Below are positions 49,445 through 62,459 of a stretch of DNA of 64,000 bases, in pieces (within the stretch, counting starts at the first letter, position 1; every line of letters starts with the position of its first letter). The position numbers were made by a program, and so were the translations under genes. This DNA is from Podarcis bocagei (lineage: Eukaryota), in NCBI GenBank assembly GCA_964188305.1, contig OZ076893.1; one strand, written 5' to 3'. Under the pieces are notes generated by a model, which was not told where the DNA came from, searched no databases, and saw only the letters and a program-made list of their open reading frames with translations.

Positions 49445-52400
49445 TAATTAGGTAGTTAATGACTCATGAAAGCATAAAGAGGAGAAAATATTGAGTAGCA
49501 ACAATGCCATAGAAATAACATAAAACAAGTTCATTAAGTGGACTTTCACCTGGACAAAGCAGGTACGTAAAGGAGGTTTTTCTTAATATCTCCCTTCTTA
49601 AAAATAATTATTTCATCATAATTTTGTTGATTTTCTTCTTTTTACATACCTGCTTTTTTAACCACACAGAATGCAATGTTTCAGCATAGTCTTAAAGCAA
49701 TCTAGTATTTGATTTCTTAAGACTTCCAAATATATCACTAATAGAACCTTACTTGCACATTCTATTGTGAATTAAATGCCATCAGTTAAAGGTTGCTTCC
49801 TTACCAGGATATACTGCAATTATTTTGTGAAAACTTCCAAAACTTATTTTGATTTTTCATAAACCTTATTCTCTAAGTAAAACAGTTTCCTGAACATGGA
49901 AAAACCCCAACAAAAAGATGCTGCACTCTGAAACCATTATGCACCTAAAATGAAATTCATTTACACGTGCAGACATTACAGGCAGAGATGAAAAGATAGG
50001 CAATAATGTAGGAACGTTAACTATGGGTAAACATTTCAGCAGAATGGTTCTGAACTGAAAGCTGCAACATTTATTTTGGATGTGTCAATTTGTTCTGAAA
50101 TACCTGCATAATAAGTGCTGCTGTGTGTTGACATTTTGCATCGTATGGCTAATGGAGGAAGCATAATGGAAGCATGATAGGCAGGAATGTGACAGTCAAT
50201 ATATCTAGCATTTGACTTTTAACTATACCTCTCCTAGTGAAAACCTTTTGAATTGTAATTTTATGACACTGCAGATAACTAGGGAAACTCCACCAGGCAC
50301 TGCAGAATACTGCACCATTTCCGTTCAAGTAAATGGAGCTTGCACAGAGCACCCCGACAAGGCCTATTAAATTGCACAGAGGCTGAATACAAATCGGCTG
50401 CTCTTGCTGTCCTGCAGTTGAACTTTTAGATGGGGACATTTTCAATGCACGTTTGCCTGTTCAAGCCTCTCAAAATCAAACTGTATTTATTTATTTTAAT
50501 TGTACTTTGGATCTTTTTGTTACCTGAGATTACTCATCCCTAAGCTGGAAACTTAGCCCCTTGGCACTCATTTAACACTGCTACACGGAAGTGTCGAGTG
50601 GAAAACAGATCATTAACAAATAGAAGTTAAGGCTTGCAAATTGTACAGAGACGCATGGGCGCAGGTCACAAACGGGAGAATCTTTCTAAAAACTATAAAC
50701 TCTAATTGAAACGACTCAACGAATTATTTTGCTTGTGCTGCACTATTTGTTGTGATTTACTTACATATCAATGCATTTGGGCCTATCACAATGAGGGAAA
50801 GTGATGTTCTGCCACCGTCACATTCAAACAAGGTAACATACTTGTTCATTATAGTACTTTGAACCTGCTGTATCAGCAGGTACAAATCCATGTAATGCAG
50901 ACTCAGCTTTTTACTCATGAAGAAAGGAAACCATGAAGTTTTCGATACTTGAAAGTAAGAACTGTATGAACAGAAGCCTGCTTTGACGTTTTAAGCTCGT
51001 TTCATTTCCCCACCCCTGCTGCACTACACCTAAGAAAAGGATGTATCATCTCTGTGCTAAATTTAACTTACTATGTTATAGTATAAACATGTCCTGCAAT
51101 GGCAGATGAGTCCATAGGGTTGTTATTGTAAGTATCAGCCACATTTTAATTCTGTCAGTTTTACATGTCCGTTTCAAATCTCCTGAAACAAAACCCAAGT
51201 AGGCTCTTTTCTGCCATATTCTGACCAAATACTGCAGCCAGATGATCTGCTGCCATTGTTCCCATTGCAATGAGGTTAAAGATTAATTATAATACTATCT
51301 GAAGTTTTGTTAGCATACATTTTTGGAGGCATGCCATTTTGAATAGTGGTGAAATGTGAAGCCCCAACTCACTGGTGCCACCTGACATACTTTTTATCAG
51401 GCATTTTTTTTAAAAAACACCACACTATTTTTTGAAGAGTTTTTGATTACAAAAGAAATGTGCTGAGAACATGACTGCAGTAGAAGAGTCGGAGTGGAAC
51501 TTTTAAATACATTGAAATAGTATAATTTAAGTTAGGTAACTACAGCATTTTGAGTTTCCAAGTCTTTCATACTTCAGAGACTACTCCTAAAAGTTGGGGT
51601 GTGTGCACCATAGAGGAAGGGATTGGGCTCAGAGCTCCTTATATCTATGTCATAGACAAGTGTTGGGAGGTAGATTTTTTGCAACTGCAGCAACAGCTAC
51701 CAGAACCAACGTTTTAATAAAACAGAGAAGCCCTTATGTTGTCATAAACTGCCTGGCGAGATCAAGAAAGATGGAACACCAGTGTTTCACAAACATATAA
51801 ATATCCAATGAAATGCACAGGAATATAGAAAGCTGCCTTAGACTGAGTCAGAGCTTGCAATGTATGGACTGTGTGTGTTGCTCTAGAACGAAGCATCTTA
51901 TGCAAATTGCAGTAAGTAACTGTGTCCTGATTTGCTAGGTATTGCCAAGCTCAAGGAAAGACAGGTATTGGGAAGAACTGGTGCTTCTTGTTGCCCTGCC
52001 TGGACACTATTTTTCCATGGGGGGAAAGTTGTTTTTTCTCTCTCCCATTCTGGAAACTTATGAATGCAGGAATAGGTCATGCAGGATCCACTCAGGAAGA
52101 CAGGCAGAGTGATTATAAAATGGGAGAATAGGAATGGGAAAGTGGTCAAGCTCTGGGATTAAAGGGGGAGGAACTGGCTGCTTTTGGTGGCTTGCTGTCC
52201 ATTTGTCTTATGGGCCAACTATCCCCAAGTGCTTCTCTAATGATCTACATGTAGGCTCCTATAATGTTTTCATTCTTTTATAGTTCTGCTGTACGGAATC
52301 CATGGTACATTCACGATGTATTCCTTATCATTCTTTTTCCATCCCACAGTTCTTAATGTAGTGTTTTGGTTTTGCTGCAATTATAACTCAAGATATAGGC

Positions 52401-52978
52401 CAAGTATGTCTTCTAGACACATACTTCTCAGTCTCATCACCACCTTCAATCAAGTTCAAATGGAGTTTTTATCAAGATTTAAGTGAAATGAATTATAGAA
52501 AAATGACCTTCCTTATCACAATACTTTTCATTTCTTTCTCATTATAGCACCTTTCAGTGATACAGCTAGTAGGCTGCAGACCATTTCCTTTCATTTCTAG
52601 ATTTTTCACTCCTTCAAAGCTATTACAGACATCAAGGTATAGTCTACTTAAAAAAAAGAACTTTCTAAGAATCCATTGTGCTTTCAAAACTAATCTTCCT
52701 TCTATTTATATATCAACAGGAGGGGAAAAAACCCCTATCCACTGCAGTATTTCACTAAATAACTACAGGGATTTCAAAAAGAAAACATGACAATTTCACT
52801 CCAAAATGTCAAGATTCAATTCTCCCCACTATGCTTCTCGGCGCACACAAAGAAAAGGATGAAATACATCCCAAAGTGTCATGAACGAGCACCAATAAAA
52901 AATGTCACATTTGGGTAGATGGCTATTGATGGAGCTCTGAGAAGAAGAACAGTAAGAGGTAGTCACTAATAATAGTAA

Positions 52979-52981
<3 letters not shown>

Positions 52982-53044
<63 letters not shown>
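52982..53044. repeat. (CT)n(CA)n compound microsatellite
   Basis: Direct reading. Confidence 0.95.
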
Positions 53045-53894
53045 TGTACTAAGCAGAGAAAAGTATTACAACGGAAGAGGTAAGCAACAAAACAGCCTAG
53101 GATGAATAATAGCCAGCAATGACACAAAATATAAACTCACTATCTACAAGCACCCACCACAGATTGACTGGATTTGTGCAGTTTTTCAGTCTTTCAAGAA
53201 AACTAGCAGTGGCAGCTGAAATGATCAGTTTTCCCACCTCCATTTACTTAGTAAATGCTTGTGTTCCAGGGAGGAGGATTATAAAAGAACTGATGATACT
53301 TTTAACTTCAGCAGTCAGTGAGTGAAAAACCTCTTGCTACAAATTTTCACGACAGCCTTTTATCACTGGGAATAAAATACATAAACAGTTGCGCTGGAAA
53401 AGAATGAATCATGCCCAGGTATAATGAATGTTATTTCTAATGCATTGCATTTAACAATACTGAAGGGTAGTGTAGGTTGAAGCATCCAGGTGCCAACTCT
53501 ATCTCAATGCAACACGTGGATTATACTGATCTGTTGTGTTCTCCATCTACTTAGAAATAACAGGAGAAAAATGAAATATAAAATGGCCAGAATTATGCTG
53601 GGGCTGATTACAAATAGTTAGAACTTGTGGGTTTAAAAAACAAAATACAAGATGTTCATAAAATCATTAATTTGTGTAGAATATATTATAACATGTAAAA
53701 ATATTCTCATAGTTTCAAAACACAGGAACAAAGGCTCGCCCATTTAAACTGATAAGCAGTTGGAAGATAAACAAAAAGAAGTAGTTGTTCACATAATACA
53801 AGCCTGATCTGTGAAAGCCATTGTTGCACGATAGTGTAACAGTCACTAGCATAAAATAACTTAAAAGGGTTAGAAAAATTATGGAGGTATATTT

Positions 53895-54502
53895 CACAGA
53901 ATCATCGGAAGGGATGGGGGGGGCTCATCTAGTTCAACCCCCTGCAATGCAGGAATCACAGCTATAGAATCCCTGACAGGTGGCCATCCAAACTGCTTAA
54001 ACATATCTAATGCAGGAGAGTCCAGAACCTTCCAAGGTACCGTATTTTTCGCTCTATAACACGCACCTGACCATAACACGCACATCGTTTTTAGAGGAGG
54101 AAAACAAGGGAAAAAATATTCTGAATGAAACAGTGGACGTATCATTTTTGTGCTTCATGCTGTGGCCACAGACATGTGATCTGATGGTGAATTTGGGGTG
54201 ACCCAATGCAAAAATCCTGAGAATCCCTGTAACCACTTTTTTTGCACCATTGCAGCCCCAGGCAACAGTGGGTGCGTGATTTTTGGGGGGCAGGCTGTAG
54301 CCATGGACATGCTGTGTGCTCTGATGGTGAATTTGGGGTGACCCAATGCAAAGATCCTGAGGATCCATGTGGATCCATGCTTTGTAACCACATTTTAAGT
54401 GGGGAGGGAAGGAAAAACACAGAAGGCTAAGAATGCAGGAGAGGGCTATAACGTGAGGAAAGGAAGGCAAAAGTCCCCCCACCTACCCACACAAGCCAGC
54501 CA

Positions 54503-54544
<42 letters not shown>

Positions 54545-55328
54545 CCTCCCATCTGCATGTTTTCCGGCTGCCTGATATTTATTTTTTTTAATTGCCTTGA
54601 CAGAAGAAAGCATTTTAACTGCATTAAGAACTATTTAGCAGCGAAACCTAAGCTTTGCCATCCCTTAAGAGGTACACAACACTGTAATCTTCCAGATCGC
54701 ATGAATTTACAGGCAAAACACTGTTTAAGGATTTCATCCTTTTAAATTGAAGAAAGCATATTTGAATGCTGTGTGTCCCCAAAAACAAAAAGCAGGAAGT
54801 CAAATCAGAATTTTAAGCTGAACCTGTAATCTCTCTCCCTTCACAAACATTGTTCCCTCCGGAGCAGGGAGAGGATAGAACGAAGGACGCTCTGCTTTTC
54901 CCCTCTTCTTGCCTGGAGGGGAGGGGCTTTCCCTGCTCTTTGTTCCGTTTGAGCAAACACAGTAACGAAACAGAGCGGGTGGGCAGTAAGACCCTGAGGC
55001 AGAATGCAGGAAAGCAACCACTTCCTCTTCTTGCCTGGAGGGGAGGGGCTTTCCCTGCTCTTTGTTCCGTTTCAGCAATCGTGAAGCCCGATTTGATTTT
55101 TGTCTGATTTTTCGGCTCCAGGGACCACACATTCGCTCCATAACACGCACAGACATTTCCCCTTCCTTTTCAGGAGAAAAAATCTGCGTGTTATAGAGCG
55201 AAAAATACGGTAGTTCCTTCCATTGTTGAACAGCTCTTACTGTCAGAAAGTTCTTTGTGATGTGTAGTTGGAATCTCCTTTCTTGTAATTTGAATCCATT
55301 GGTTCAGGTCCTACCCTCTAGAGCAAAC
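53895..55328 (-). mobile_element. CR1 3' fragment split by the 54040-55210 DNA element
   Basis: CR1-like sequence (..TCATCTAGTTCAACCCCCTGC..CCTTCCAAGGTA) resumes after 55212 (..TTCCATTGTTGAACAGCTCTTACTGTCAGAAAGTT). Confidence 0.75.
54040..55210. mobile_element. Non-autonomous element with the same CCGTA TIRs (long form, ~1.17 kb), inserted in a CR1 fragment
   Basis: TA|CCGTATTTTTCGCTCTATAAC...GTTATAGAGCGAAAAATACGG|TA. Internal direct repeats; no transposase-like ORF. Confidence 0.88.
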
Positions 55329-57880
55329 AATAGGGGATTGTTGCAACATATTGACTTGTATGATAATCTCAAGACACCTTTTTGGCATTTTGAGACAGAG
55401 AATATTGACCTATGGAGAAAACTATATGTGACACCTAGCCACACGAAGACCATTCCTGTCTTCTTTTTTGCAAAGTAAATGTACATTTGTTGTATGTAGA
55501 AGTCCCACTCCAGGGGCACAATGGGGAAAAGTAACTGGGGAAGGGTGATTTTGATTTTAACCCCCCCCCAAAAAAAAAAAACAAAAAACACACAAACTAC
55601 CAGAGAGGAATGAGTAGCCTCTACCTTTCCTGTGCCCACACACAATGACTTGCATTGCATTCTGCAAATTCCAAATGTACATTTAGGGTTGTTGCTTTGA
55701 AGGTGTTGTGGGAGTCAAGTGAAGTTTGATGCTTGGACCAGCTTTCTGTTATTCAAGACGACAAATCTATATATACTCTGGATAATTTACAAACAAGTCA
55801 ACATGATCCTGTAAATCCTCTACTGACCATGGTGAGAAGTGATGGGAGTTGTAGTCCAGCAACATGTGGCATGCCAAAGGTTCTCACATCTGCTCTATAG
55901 TTGCAATGGACCTAAACATTGCCATCTACAACTTCTGTGGGGGCATTTTGTAAAAATAAATAGTAATTGGGGAAAGTGAACCATACATGGTGAAACTTAA
56001 AGTTATGTCATGTGACTGACAATAGCTATTCTTACAGACCACATGCTCAACTACTGCAATATGTTGTTGTTTGACCTTCAAATGAGAGTCTGCTAGAGCA
56101 ATGTACTTTGTTCTATGCATTTGTATTGCAAACCACTTTTGTGCTTACAAGGAGCAGAGGGAGCCTTCTGTTGAAGCTTCTTAGGGAAAAATAGGCTTGT
56201 TTATGGAGTCCTTAACCCTGAATTATCCTCTATTACATTCTTAGGACCTGATTCACCAAGTCTGTTCCAGCTGCTTTGTGCAGCTATGACAAAACAAAGG
56301 TATCATAAACCAGACTAAGTGGCCAGTAAAGAATTTTTAATAGCTTATTTGTATCCTCAGAATATCCCAAAGCAGTTGGAACATATTGGTAAATTTTTCT
56401 CTTAGGATTTCAGCTTGTATTGTCCTCAACCATAACCTTTAAATTGGGCGCTGTGTGTGTGCGCGCGTGCCAACTTACTGGTATCTTAATATTTATTTGA
56501 CTTTGGAAATCCTCTGACAGATAACAAAATCTACACTGTGTTTCTAAGAAACAAGCTTTTGTTAAAGTTAAAAAATATTGTTCTTTTAAAAAGAAAATAA
56601 ATGCAGGCTACATTTTTAAACAGACCACCTTCTGTGAGAGCGAATACTGCTTATGGATACCACTCTGATGGTGGCGGCAGTTGTGGTCTGGCACAATTGA
56701 TGGAGGGGGGCCAGGAGGAGGCAACCCTGCATGGTCAGGTTAGGCCAGCACTGTCCTCGACTAGTGGGATTGCCCGTCAGTGATTTTAAATACAAATGGG
56801 TCACTCAGAGGCCCTGAAGAGTGGTAACAGCCTGTCTTCGGAACTGGCTGGGCTAGTCTTCAGTCTGCTCTGACTGCAGGGCATAAAAGTCCTTAATCAA
56901 AAATTTTCGGAGGGAGTGTCCCACCCACAAAATTCCAGGATAAATTCTGCGTAACCCACTAAGGGGGTCCAAGGGTAGGGTTCTCTCTGGAAGTCCAGAC
57001 TGGGGCTGTTGGGCCACAGAACATCCTTGAATGGCATCCTGATGGGATTTCCCCAATAGATCTGCATCAATGGAGGATATCCTCTCACTAGGACCGACCC
57101 TGATGGAAATATCAGTCAGCAATGTCTAAGTCAAATCTGATCTACATCTGCAATCAATAAAGTTATGGCTGATTTTGATCCCAGGCTGGTGTCATGTCTT
57201 TCCTTACTGTATTCACACTGCTAATTCACACACACACACAGTCGACCATCACCAGCCTGCTGTGCTGTGGCCCACAAGATAATATGCTACCTTTTGCCTT
57301 ACACACTGTTCTTTAGGAGAAAGGATATAAAAGTGCCCAATTCCTAACAGCATCACAATGTTGTTACTATTGCACCTTTTACTACTTCAATGGCAGCATA
57401 CTGTCCAAAAGGGAGGGATGATTCCAACTGTATCTTTGTGCTTGTTGAAGAGCTTTTGATCCATTGGAAGCCTCTGCAAATGGGAGAGAAGAGGGCAGGT
57501 GATTTTGCCGGCTGCTTCTTCCTATGTTAAGTCCCCTGCATAACCTTATACACTGATCTGGAGGGTCTTCCAAAACCCCGTAACCAACCTTTTGGGACAC
57601 AGGGGGTTGCAGGGAGGAGGGGGAATTGGCAAATATCACCTTCCTTTCTCTTCCATTGGAACAAAAGGAAATTGGATTCCACCCACTGTCCATTTTGCTG
57701 AGTTAGGAACTCTAAATTTCTGTTTAGTCCTTTCACCATTAGGCATTTTTATGGTATTTACCTAAAGAAATAGCCTGCATTTGATCAAAATATCAGCTTC
57801 TATGATATTTTCTACAGTGTATTGGCATGAACAATTGGTGAGAAGAGTCGTGGGAACAGTGTTAGCTCTTGACAGCTATA

Positions 57881-58105
57881 CAGTGGTACCTCGGGTTACA
57901 TACACTTCAGGTTACATACGCTTCAGGTTACAGACTCTGCTAACCCAGAAATATTACCTCAGGTTAAGAACTTTGCTTCAGGATGAGAACAGAAATCGTG
58001 CTCCAGTGGTGCAGCGGCAGCAGGAGGCCCCATTAACTAATGTGATGCTTCAGGTTAAGAACAGACCTACAGAATGAATTAAGTTCTTAACCCAAGGTAC
58101 CACTG
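57881..58105 (+). mobile_element. Tigger/pogo-like MITE, copy G
   Basis: Same TIRs and body, TA flanks. Confidence 0.9.
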
Positions 58106-58596
58106 TAGTCAGCTCTCACCTTCCAAGCGGGGGCCAAACACTTCCCACACCCAATTTTTTTTGGGGGGAGGCAGGCCCCCCCAATGTCCAAAAGCTTCAG
58201 AGGAGGGGCTAAGCACAGAACCAAGTGTAGTGGGGCTTCAGTTACCAGCTCCTTCTCTTCCTCCTCCTGCCGTGGAGAGGAAGAAGTGGCAAAACAGCCC
58301 CTGGTTGGTGGCAGTGGCAGGAGGAGGAGCTGTGGCCATTGAAGCCATGCTGCTGCTGTGTTAGGCTCCATCCCCAGCTCCTCTGATGTCCTGACGTCAT
58401 GCACCACGTGATGTTGTACCCCCCTTCTCCTTCAGAAGCTGGCACCTCTTCTTCTAAGCATGTTCCAGCAGTCTAGGTTGGACCAATAGTGTTGATAATG
58501 CATGGACTATCAGAAATAGGACCTGGCTTGCTTCTTTGAAGTTGTATCCCATACAAATTTTGGTCTGTTTACTTCTTTTGGTATCTAGCATGTTCT

Positions 58597-58845
58597 CGGG
58601 TTCGCGTCTCCGCTCCTCCACATGCAGCTGCTGGGTGACCTTGGGCCAGTCACACTTCTCTGAAGTCTCTCAGCCCCACTCACCTCACAGAGTGTTTGTT
58701 GTGGGGGAGGAAGGGAAAGGAGAATGTTAGCCGCTTTGAGACTCCTTAAAGGGAGTGAAAGGCGGGGTATCAAATCCAAACTCTTCTTCTTCTTCTTCTT
58801 CTTCTTCTTCTTCTTCTTCTTCTTCTTCTTCTTCTTCTTCTTCTT
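58597..58845 (+). mobile_element. Ther1/MIR-derived SINE (Squam3-like), 5'-truncated, long (CTT)n tail
   Basis: MIR-like core GGGTGACCTTGGGCCAGTCAC; near-identical to the reverse complement of 59396-59659. Confidence 0.85.
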
Positions 58846-59395
58846 GAACACCACTACACTCTCCCCTGTGCGGCACAACCCAACTGCTTTCTCCAGACAT
58901 GTGCAGTGGGTTAAAACAGGTATTTGCTAGGCTATTCATATCTGCCACAGTGATGGGCTTTCACAAAACTGCTGCATGCCTTCTGCAAATCCTTAACATA
59001 CACTTGTGAAAGAAGAAAAGCTCTCTCTGTAATACCTATGTGCAACGCTATCACACAGTTTGCACCAGCAATGAACACCTTTACAGAGTTCAAAATCCAA
59101 GTTCAATTTTTCCAACACAGCAAACCTTTCTTAGTGTACTATTATGATCATCATAACTGGTGTTGTTTAACGTAAGTTCAAACAAGAATGTGGTTACAAA
59201 CAGATGTTCAAACATGTAAAAATAATATAACTTCCTTTCCGATATTAAGCATAAAATGTTGAGTGAAGGGAATCTGGTGACTGCATCAATGTAATGAGCT
59301 CACCATAAATATGTTTTGTTGTGACAGAAGGAAAACTGTACATTTCCTTTTAATTACCTTGAAGGAGTTGGGTAGGGGCTCAGTGGATAGTGTGG

Positions 59396-59659
59396 GAAGA
59401 AGAAGAAGAAGAAGAAGAAGAGTTTGGATTTGATATCCCGCCTTTCACTCCCCTTCAGGAGTCTCAAAGTGGCTAACATTCTCCTTTCCCTTCCTCCCCC
59501 ACAACAAACACTCTGTGAGGTGAGTGGGGCTGAGAGACTTCAGAGAAGTGTGACTGGCCCAAGGTCACCCAGCAGCTGCATGTGGAGGAGCGGGGAAGCG
59601 AACCCGGTTACCCAGATTACGTGACTACCGCTCTTAACCACTACACCACACTGGCTCTC
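59396..59659 (-). mobile_element. Ther1/MIR-derived SINE (Squam3-like), full length
   Basis: (GAA)n tail; tRNA-like head on the minus strand (GAGAGCCAGTGTGGTGTAGTGGTTAAGAGCGG, GGTTCGCTTCCCC). Confidence 0.87.
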
Positions 59660-62240
59660 AATGGGAACACCATTTCATGTTTCAGCATTAGTGAAATTAA
59701 CAGTACATGGATCTGGTTGAAAATCTGGATGGAGATGATTGTCCCTCCCCCATATAAATCAGTATTTTAAACAAATTCTTTAAAGTTAAAGGGATATTCT
59801 GATAGCTCAAAATGCTGCTAGTGAGTAAAGAACAATTCAAGCCAGCCCGATACCATTTAAAACAACAACAATCAGCAGAACATAACTGCGGTTATTCTAA
59901 ACAGATTTCCCCCTTCACATTATCACAAAAATGTCATCCAAACAGTGCTGCATTTTAACTAAGTGGACAGAATGTGTTGGACCTTTTAGCCAGTAGTTAT
60001 GTTTCTTCCTGTGTGTGATATTTAGAGCCTGAGTAGGCTATAAATCATTCTCTTGCTACAGTCACAACAAATAAATAATTGCTACCACAGACAAGCCAAG
60101 AATTTCCTATTCATAAAGTAGTTAGTTTATTTCTAGGCTTTTGTCCAGCAGTTTTTGCCATGATCAGTTATTACTCAACAGATTGAAAGCATCCTAGTCC
60201 GTGCTGTGCCTCTTATTTAATAGACAGAGTGCTAAGTGAGGCGTTACACTGGGGTGTGAAAATGGCATCTAATTTATTCCATTTTGTTTGTTTTTCTTGC
60301 TTTCCTGTTGACAGTTTCTTATTCCCCTGACAAACAGGAGTTTAAAATCACTATATCTCAGTCTCTTCCGTAAATGGAAGGAGCCTTTACTCACATGGAA
60401 GCGTAACTCTAGATTTAATTCAGTGAACCTAATGATGATTGGCAGCTGAATGTCTAAACTGAAGAGTAATATGAAATTCTGTAATAGTCCATTCCCACAT
60501 GCATATATTCACATTATATTTCAGCCATCAAATGATGAACAGACTGTATAAACCAGTTTGGTTTCACAGGAACATGGCTGCTACAATGAAGTTTTGTAAA
60601 TACTTTAGCTTTAACGGTGTTCATTCTTTCTCTCTCTCTCTCCCCGCCCCACAAGTTAATCAAAATGTTAGTTACATCCTGTGTCTATCATCTAGTAAGA
60701 AAATATCTCAGCTTTGTTCAATCAGATGCCTTCATATATGCATAAAAAACTGAAGTACTCAGCAGTTTGTTCTTGCATGCAAAAGTACCCATGCAATAAT
60801 TAATGAAAATGTACATAATTACTTTTTTTAACATTTATGAATCAACCCTTAATTTCAATCTGATCCTGGCAAATCATTTATTTTTAGTTTACAAGATGAA
60901 AAGCTGGCATGCTTAAAAAAACAACACACACAACCCCCCCCCCAACACTCAAAGGGAAATAAAGAATTGAAAATTCTTGTAGTTGCCACCTGCACGGTGG
61001 TCCCAGAATGGAAAGTGGAGGGGGGGGAGAGAGGGGGGGGGAAAGACCGTGCTGCTAAAATTATACAGGCATTTCTAGTTAATTAGATACAACAAGAAGC
61101 TGTCAGGCCGTCATGCTGTAAAAATGTTACTTCAACCACCATGACAAGTAATGTGCTTTACTTTTATAGTTATATCATGCTGTGCCCTAGAACACAAAAC
61201 ACAGCACCTGCTATGTGTGGATACTGGCTTCTGAGGTCACAGTAGTTGCACTCTTAAAATGGAAAAGTAGGAGCATACATTGCAATGAATGATAGTATAA
61301 GAAACACGCATTGGATTCTAACCTTCAAGTATGCTAGAAACGTGGCAACTCACAGAAAGTACAAAATACACCAAATAACATATAAACCTCTTAACAAAGC
61401 TATGGATCGAGGAGTTCTATGGCCAAATGCCCACCCAAGGTTATTGTAAAGATAAAATTGGTAACTTTTGTGCATAGAACCCTGAACTCCTTGGAGAAAA
61501 GGTGAGAATAAATAAATATAAATAGGAAGCTAATTTGATGCTGATAAGCCAATTAGATAACTACTTTTCTTTAATAAGCGAAAATAAGAAGCATTACTTT
61601 TAGTCTACATTAATATAATGGCATCATGCATTAATAATCTGAATAGCATTTTAAAGAGGATCTATAGCCTAAAGTGAAATATACAATTAATCAAGATTAG
61701 CTAGTTTGGGAGTGCTTGCAGTGGATACTAACCTTTTATTTATTGTTGAGGTTAATTTATTTTCCTAAGGTTCACTAGTTTGATCTCATTTGCTTGATTG
61801 CCTGATGGCATGACCCTAACAATAACAAAACCTTCCGTAAATAATGCTTCCACTAATGTAACCAATTACATTAAATGACATTTCCAATTTTACATTAATC
61901 CCACACTAAAATGAATATCCAGTAAAGCTAGATAGGCAACTACTATGTTATTATTATGGCAGATAACTAAAATGTATTTCAATGAGTCACAAACAGTGCG
62001 ATACTATTTATGTTTATTTAAGGCTTACTGTCTTCTGGCCGGGGGTGGATTACTGCCTAGTAAGCATATTTATCACTGCAGCCCACATATTCAAACCTAG
62101 AAAATAGGCATACTGTAGTATTTCAGGGTGGCCACCACAAAACTGGATGCTTAATAGCTTCCTTTCATTTCCCTTCTACTGTGTTGTTTGCTATGCATTC
62201 TTTAAAATATATTGGCTACAGATAATAAGCAAAACAGGTA

Positions 62241-62459
62241 TTTTATTTATTTGATGTATGTTCTTTCAAGGAGCTCAAGGTGGTATACGTGCTCCCCCCC
62301 CCCTTATTTCAACCTCACAACCACTTTGTGAGGTGGGTCAATCTAAGAGATAGTGACTGGCCCAAAGCCTAGAAAAGAGTTTAATGATTGAGTGGCGGTT
62401 TGAACCCTGGTGTCCCAAGTTCTGGTCTAACACTCTAACCACTATGATACACCAGCTCT
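62241..62459 (-). mobile_element. Older MIR/Ther1-like SINE
   Basis: GTGACTGGCCCAA core, TTTGAACCC B-box complement, CTCTAACCACTA A-box complement, (TTTA)n tail. Confidence 0.75.

Noticed and set aside
58585-58948. Poly-K, poly-F and poly-E ORFs
   Set aside because: Translations of the (CTT)n SINE tail.
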